Assembly (NCBI RefSeq): GCF_000148385.1
Contig: NC_014537.1
Coordinates: 2,040,001-2,072,000, forward strand
Direction: 5' to 3'
Source of the DNA: Vulcanisaeta distributa DSM 14429
GTDB lineage: Archaea; Thermoproteota; Thermoprotei; Thermoproteales; Thermocladiaceae
DNA length: 32,000 bases
Shown here piece after piece: positions 26,718 through 32,000 of the stretch; the stretch's first letter is position 1; the number at the start of each line of letters is the position of its first letter. A program made the position numbers and the translations under genes. Under the pieces are notes generated by a model. It saw nothing but the letters and a program-made list of their open reading frames with translations. It had not been told where the DNA came from and made no database searches.

Positions 26718-28127
26718 TTAAAGTTTTATTTTACTCAGTATTTTATTTATCAATTCTTCAGCCTCCTTATAGTTATATTCCCTCAGCATTCCTATCTTAC
26801 TCGCTGCTTCGGAGCCCTCTGCATGTATCATGGCAGTCAATAAATAGCCCACTAAGTGGCTTGCTCCCAGTTCCCTGACTAAGCTCATTACTTTGTACCT
26901 AGTATCACCATCAACCGCGCCCCTGAGGTACTTACTAATGTATTGCCTTTCCTCTGGATTTGCGTAATCGTCGTGTGAGGGCATTGTGGCTATTAAACCT
27001 CCTGCGATGTCTATGAGTCCATGCACGACATCTATGAAGTGCGCATTAGCGTATAGCTTACTCACGTTTGTGTAGATTGGGTTTGGTATGGCTATTCCCT
27101 CGTCAATCCAGGGTTCCAGGGCCGCCGCCATGGCGCCCATCCTCATTATCTCCTTATACATAATCATCTGGACCAGCCAATCCCTGACATGCGGTGCGTT
27201 CTCAATGCCATTAGCCCTGGCGGCGTAAAGCGCGGCTCCTAGGTATAAATTAGCCGTGGCTGCTCTATAAGATATTGCCGTGAACCTATGGTAAGTTGCG
27301 AAGGTCCAGGCCAACTGCCCAGCCAAGTCCCACTCCCTGAACATGAATACCCTGTCCCAGGGTACGAATACGTGGTCGAAGATTGTCAATGACTCAACCT
27401 CGAACCTACTTGCCGCATTAACAGCGTTTGGGTTACCGTCATATTCAAGCACGGGCCTGACAATGAACTTAAGACCCTTTGCATTGGCAGGTACTGCGAA
27501 GGCGACGGCGTAATCCCTATCACCCTCAACCATTGCCCTATACGGCAGCACAATTATCTCATTAGCCACAGGTCCCTGCGTAGTGTGTATCTTCGCGCCA
27601 TTAACCACAATGCCATCATCACGGACCTCAACAACCCTAAGGTACATATCCCTATCCTCCTGCTCATGAGGTCTCTTAGCCCTATTACCCTTGACATCGG
27701 TTTGGGCAACTGCTATTGCCAGGTCATTCTTAACAACGTATTCATAATACTTCATCACCCTATCGTAATAATTAGTGCCGTATTTCCTATCAACCTTCCT
27801 GGCAATTATCATCAATGAGAAGAGAGCATCACTACCTATTGCCTGAACTATATTGAACAGTCCATCAAATCTAAGGGTATCCTCATAAATCAACTTATGT
27901 CTTTCAAGCAAGTCATTGGTATTCTTAGGAACTTTGAAGTACCTACTTATGCGACCATAGTTAGGGTCATCATAAAGCCTATCCTTAACATCGAATAGGT
28001 CTGCCGCATGCCTAACGGCTATACTAATGATTGGGTGTGTCGTTATATCATCAACCCTCTTACCCCTGTAATAAACAACCCTGCCATCTCTGACGGAGTT
28101 TATGTAGTCTGTTGCTGACCTGGGCAT
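26718..28127 (-). CDS. 4-hydroxybutyryl-CoA dehydratase / 4-hydroxyphenylacetate 3-hydroxylase (HpaB) family protein, cysteine-free
   Basis: The length (469 aa) and blocks such as HPIISIAV, VAQTDVKGNR, NGAKIHTTQGPVANE and the C-terminal MIHAEGSEAA fit the AbfD/HpaB family. The translation contains no Cys at all. Confidence 0.78.
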   Translation of the reverse strand: MPRSATDYINSVRDGRVVYYRGKRVDDITTHPIISIAVRHAADLFDVKDRLYDDPNYGRISRYFKVPKNTNDLLERHKLIYEDTLRFDGLFNIVQAIGSDALFSLMIIARKVDRKYGTNYYDRVMKYYEYVVKNDLAIAVAQTDVKGNRAKRPHEQEDRDMYLRVVEVRDDGIVVNGAKIHTTQGPVANEIIVLPYRAMVEGDRDYAVAFAVPANAKGLKFIVRPVLEYDGNPNAVNAASRFEVESLTIFDHVFVPWDRVFMFREWDLAGQLAWTFATYHRFTAISYRAATANLYLGAALYAARANGIENAPHVRDWLVQMIMYKEIMRMGAMAAALEPWIDEGIAIPNPIYTNVSKLYANAHFIDVVHGLIDIAGGLIATMPSHDDYANPEERQYISKYLRGAVDGDTRYKVMSLVRELGASHLVGYLLTAMIHAEGSEAASKIGMLREYNYKEAEELINKILSKIKL

Positions 28128-28232
28128 GGGTAACTTATAATCCCAGGGTAAATAAGTATAGCTTATATATAGGCATGAACACTTAACGCAATTTATACTT
28201 AATTTAAGTTTAAATTATTATAAGGAAAAGTA

Positions 28233-29438
28233 TTATGGCTTCCACGCACCTCTTCTTAATGCGTCGGTTATCGTTAATAGGTTTATTTCATTTGTTCCTT
28301 CATAAATCCTCGTGACCCTATGATCCCTCCAGTACCTCTCCACATCAAACTCCTCGAAGTACCCATAACCACCATGTATCTGTATTGCCTCGTCAATAAC
28401 CTGGTTAGCGGCGTCAGTTATAAATACCTTAGCTGCTGAGGTTATCGCCGCCATGGCCCTAGGGTCAATTTGGAACTTTATGTATGAATCAACGTAATAC
28501 GCAGCCCTATATAACATGCTCCTTGAAACCTCGATTAACATAGCCATCCTGGCAAGCTTTTCCTGAATAAGCTGGAAGTTAATTATTGGTTGCCCAAACT
28601 GGGCCCTCTTCTGGGCGTACTCAAGGGCCTTATCAAACGCGGCCAGCATTATACCTAGGGCTATTGCGGCGGGTCCTAATCTGGATACGTTGAAGTAAGC
28701 CAGTGTCCAGTAGAAGCCTTGGTTGATGCCTTTCTCACCACCGACTACGTAATCAATGGGTACCTCCACATTATCGAGTGTTATCTCTCCAACAGGGGAT
28801 GCCCTTTGTCCCATCTTACCACTCAACTTCCTTATTTGAACGCCAGGCCAATCGGTGTGTATTATGAACAGTGTTTGACCCCTATGCTTCTTCTCGGGGT
28901 CTGTCTGTGCAAGTACTACCCCGTACTTAGCCGTTGGCGCATTTGTTATGAAGGTCTTCACACCCCTAAGTATAAACTTATCACCTTTCCTTTCGGCGAC
29001 TGTTGATAACTGTGTTATGTCAGTACCATGCTCAGGTTCGGTATATGCGCCAAAGAATGTGGTTTCACCTCTATAAACAGGCGGTAGGTACTTCTTTTTC
29101 TGCTCCTCAGTGCCAAAGAAGTAAAGGAGATGTGAGCTGAAGGGCCCTGACATTATTGCCTCGCCGAGGGTTGGCTCCGCCCTAACAAGTTCCTCAGTAA
29201 CCACCATATCCGCTAGGTATGTCGTGAATCCACCGCCACCATATTCAGTGGGTATTGATGGAGCGAGCAAACCCAGCTCGCCAGCCTTTCTATATAAGTC
29301 CCATGGGAACTCCTCCTTCCTCTCATACTCCCTGGCAAGCTCAGGCGAGAAGTTCCTCTGGGCGAATTCCCTCGCGGTTTTTCTTAGTAATTTCAATTCC
29401 TCTGCGTATTGCGGGAACAAATCCAGAATATCGGTCAT
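28233..29438 (-). CDS. Acyl-CoA dehydrogenase
   Basis: YTEPEHGTD, KTFITNA, QFGQPI, and IHGGYGY followed by RDHRVTRIYEGTNEI (catalytic Glu region). I chose the ATG at 29436-29438 (MTDILDL). The ORF track starts at GTG 29459. Confidence 0.88.
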   Translation of the reverse strand: MTDILDLFPQYAEELKLLRKTAREFAQRNFSPELAREYERKEEFPWDLYRKAGELGLLAPSIPTEYGGGGFTTYLADMVVTEELVRAEPTLGEAIMSGPFSSHLLYFFGTEEQKKKYLPPVYRGETTFFGAYTEPEHGTDITQLSTVAERKGDKFILRGVKTFITNAPTAKYGVVLAQTDPEKKHRGQTLFIIHTDWPGVQIRKLSGKMGQRASPVGEITLDNVEVPIDYVVGGEKGINQGFYWTLAYFNVSRLGPAAIALGIMLAAFDKALEYAQKRAQFGQPIINFQLIQEKLARMAMLIEVSRSMLYRAAYYVDSYIKFQIDPRAMAAITSAAKVFITDAANQVIDEAIQIHGGYGYFEEFDVERYWRDHRVTRIYEGTNEINLLTITDALRRGAWKP

Positions 29439-29718
29439 TAAGACAGACCCTACCTCCACGTACTTAAGCCTAATCAGTAAATATCCTATATATGCGCCTG
29501 GTATTAATGGTTATTTAAACATCACGTTACTCAACGATGTTAAGTATGTCATATTAAATTGAGTAATGAATTTTATTAATTGTATCCTAATTCTTTAGTC
29601 TTTAATGTTGTTTTATTTTTATTGGTTTTACATTTTTATTTTTACCAAATATCTAAATATGGCTATATATTTATGATAAGGATTAAACCTAAGGTTTATT
29701 TTTAAGTCTAGTTTAGCG

Positions 29719-31407
29719 ATGTCTATCGAGGAGTTCGTAGAGAGGGCTTCGGAGTTCTACGATTATCCGCTGACGTTAACGAACCTCATAAAATGGGGTG
29801 TTGACACGTTCCCTGAGCAGGAAATAGTCTATGCACCACCAGATGCGCCTAAGCTTAGGCTCACCTTCACACAGGTTTGGGATAGGGTTAGGAGACTCGC
29901 CACGGCGCTTGAGCAACTCGGTGTTAAGCCAGGTGATCCCAAGAGACTGGGTACTAGGGTTGGCGCGCTGGAGTGGAATTCACACAGATACCTAGAGCTT
30001 TATTACGCAGTTCCGGGGCTTGGCGCAGTACTACATACGGTTAATGTGAGGTACTCACCTGAGGATATAGCTTATACCATTAATCACGCCGGCGATGAGA
30101 TACTATTTGTTAAGGACGAATTCCTACCACTACTTCAGGCAATAATTCCGAAACTTAAGACTGTTAAGAAGGTCGTTTTAATGACGGACAAGCCAGAGCC
30201 ACCACAGGTAAAGCTTCCTGGAGTTGAGGTGTATAATTATGAGGACTTAATAAGGAGTTCGAGTCCATACGACTTTAAGGACTTTGATGAGAGGACTGTG
30301 GCCACGCTATTCTACACCTCAGGTACTACCGGGCCGCCAAAGGGGGTTTTCTTCACACATAGGCAGTTGGTTCTCCATGCCATGGCCATTGCCATATCAA
30401 CGTCGGCGCCGCCCTACGAGCTTAGCGTCAGGGATGTAGTGATGCCGCTGGTGCCCATGTACCACGTACATGCATGGGGAGGCCCGCATGCCATGTTCCT
30501 TGCCGGTCAAAAGTACGTATTTACTGGACGTATGGATTGGGGCTACATACTGAAGACAATAAGTGAGGAGAAGGTTACTTACGTATATGGGGTCCCCGTT
30601 ATACTATACTTACTACTCACTCACCCTGATTCACCAAAGTATGACCTTAGGGGTCTTAAGTATGGTAATGGTGGCTCTGCGATGCCTGAAGGGCTTTATA
30701 AATTGGCTAGGTCTAGGGGTATCATAGTCATTAATGGCTATGGCCTATCCGAAACAGCGCCTGTGATTGCCCAGGCCCTATTTAAGGCGTCAACGCTGAA
30801 CTGGCCCGAGGATAAGAAGGAGAATTACCTAATGAAGGGGCTTAGGCAAATACCACTTACATTCATTAGGGTTGTTGATGAGTATGGTAAGGACGTGCCT
30901 AAGGATGGTAAGACCATCGGCGAGATCGTGGTTAGGTCACCCTGGCTAACGCCAGCCTACTTTAAGGATCCTGAAAAGACGAGGGAGTTATGGCGCGGTG
31001 GCTGGTTACACACGGGCGATGTAGCCGTCTGGGACTCTGATGGTCATATATGGATTATGGATAGACTTAAGGATGTTATTAAGAGTGGTGGTGAGTGGAT
31101 TGTGAGTACGAAGTTAGAGGATATCATTAGTACTCACCCTGCCGTTGGTGAAGTTGCAGTGATCGGTGTTCCTCATCCGAAGTGGGGTGAGAGGCCCGTG
31201 GCTGTGGTTGTGCCAAAGCCCGGGCAAAGAGTCACAGAAGACGATATCAAGAACTACCTAATGAAATTTGTTGAAAAGGGCGAAATACCAAAGTGGTGGG
31301 TACCGGACAAGGTAATAATTAGTGAGAAGGAGTTACCAAAGACGAGCACTGCTAAGGCTGACAAGAAGATTCTTAGAGAGCTCTATAAGAACGTGCTTTC
31401 GGCATGA
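29719..31407 (+). CDS. AMP-forming acyl-CoA synthetase (fatty-acid/medium-chain CoA ligase family)
   Basis: The AMP-binding motif YTSGTTGPPKGV, GYGLSETAP, TGDVAV...DGHIWIMDRLKDVIKSGGEWI and the C-terminal KTSTAKADKK. Confidence 0.88.
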   Translation: MSIEEFVERASEFYDYPLTLTNLIKWGVDTFPEQEIVYAPPDAPKLRLTFTQVWDRVRRLATALEQLGVKPGDPKRLGTRVGALEWNSHRYLELYYAVPGLGAVLHTVNVRYSPEDIAYTINHAGDEILFVKDEFLPLLQAIIPKLKTVKKVVLMTDKPEPPQVKLPGVEVYNYEDLIRSSSPYDFKDFDERTVATLFYTSGTTGPPKGVFFTHRQLVLHAMAIAISTSAPPYELSVRDVVMPLVPMYHVHAWGGPHAMFLAGQKYVFTGRMDWGYILKTISEEKVTYVYGVPVILYLLLTHPDSPKYDLRGLKYGNGGSAMPEGLYKLARSRGIIVINGYGLSETAPVIAQALFKASTLNWPEDKKENYLMKGLRQIPLTFIRVVDEYGKDVPKDGKTIGEIVVRSPWLTPAYFKDPEKTRELWRGGWLHTGDVAVWDSDGHIWIMDRLKDVIKSGGEWIVSTKLEDIISTHPAVGEVAVIGVPHPKWGERPVAVVVPKPGQRVTEDDIKNYLMKFVEKGEIPKWWVPDKVIISEKELPKTSTAKADKKILRELYKNVLSA

Positions 31408-31467
31408 AATATATATAGAGTATATATTGATTAATGTTTAAAAGCACAGTAGCTATATGCATTCTAT

Positions 31468-32000
31468 ATGATAATTGATTTCCATGCATGTCCCTCTGTA
31501 GATTTATCCTTAATTAGGGATAGACTTTCATCAATAGGGGTTACGAGAGTTGTTTTACAGCCAATAGACGCATTGCCATTATTCCATTTGTTACCTAATG
31601 ATTTCTTCAGGAAATTATCAAGTGAGGACCCACATTCAGCATTGCTCTGGAGTAAGTTTATCCTTAGGTTAACGAGTATGTGGTCGCCGAGAATGTACGA
31701 TAATGTGAAGCTCTGGTACGAGGCGATGCATCATGATGGCTTTTTCGTACCATTCGCTAGTATTAATCCATCCCTCGGCATTAAGTATGTTTATGAAAAA
31801 CTCAATGAGTTGGCAGGTCTCAACGTTAGGGGCATTGTCGTATCACCCACGCTTCAACTATTTGATCCAATAAATACGAGGTCTTTCAGGGCAATACTTG
31901 AATATGTTGAGAAAAACAACATGCTTCTTATAATGCACCTGGATCCCTGCCCATATAATGTAGATATATGCTTCAAGGATCTCATGCCCGACATTCTCAA
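31468..32000 (+). CDS. 5' part of an amidohydrolase-2/TIM-barrel metal hydrolase-like CDS, truncated by the window end
   Basis: ATG at 31468 opens a frame that runs to base 32000 (177 codons, my own translation; not in the ORF track). MIIDFHAC resembles the IDxHxH start of amidohydrolase_2 proteins, and MHLDP follows later. GTTTAAAAGC lies about 27 nt upstream. Confidence 0.45.
   Translation, partial: MIIDFHACPSVDLSLIRDRLSSIGVTRVVLQPIDALPLFHLLPNDFFRKLSSEDPHSALLWSKFILRLTSMWSPRMYDNVKLWYEAMHHDGFFVPFASINPSLGIKYVYEKLNELAGLNVRGIVVSPTLQLFDPINTRSFRAILEYVEKNNMLLIMHLDPCPYNVDICFKDLMPDIL

Overview
The window looks like a chromosomal segment from a hyperthermophilic crenarchaeon, probably Thermoproteales such as Vulcanisaeta or Caldivirga. 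This is an inference from gene content (AGOG glycosylase, aIF5B, acidic ribosomal protein P1, Pth2, tungsten AOR), from TATA-like boxes 25-35 nt upstream of many start codons, and from a CRISPR repeat ending in ATTGAAAG. I support about 37 protein-coding genes, densely packed on both strands and mostly housekeeping or metabolic. Two of them are truncated by the window edges and are absent from the ORF track. An acyl-CoA metabolism cluster lies at 26.7-32 kb. The main non-coding feature is a 16-repeat CRISPR array at 20672-21751, probably transcribed on the minus strand, with no cas operon anywhere in the 32 kb. Its neighbours are a wHTH plus Mrr-like PD-(D/E)xK nuclease gene, a weak candidate C/D box sRNA, and aIF5B. 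The points most worth follow-up are: (1) the array itself, whose repeat is unusually palindromic; (2) a four-gene plus-strand unit at 17255-19748 whose second gene looks like a primase-polymerase (AEP/LigD-Pol) fold with altered catalytic motifs; (3) a cysteine-free member of the 4-hydroxybutyryl-CoA dehydratase/HpaB family; (4) a TrpB2 gene whose conserved N-terminus lies upstream of any canonical start codon; (5) an orphan archaellin/pilin-like glycoprotein; and (6) a duplicated operator-like motif bracketing a promoter. No tRNA, rRNA, transposase or integrase could be supported. All homology statements come from reading the translations against remembered family motifs. No database search was run.
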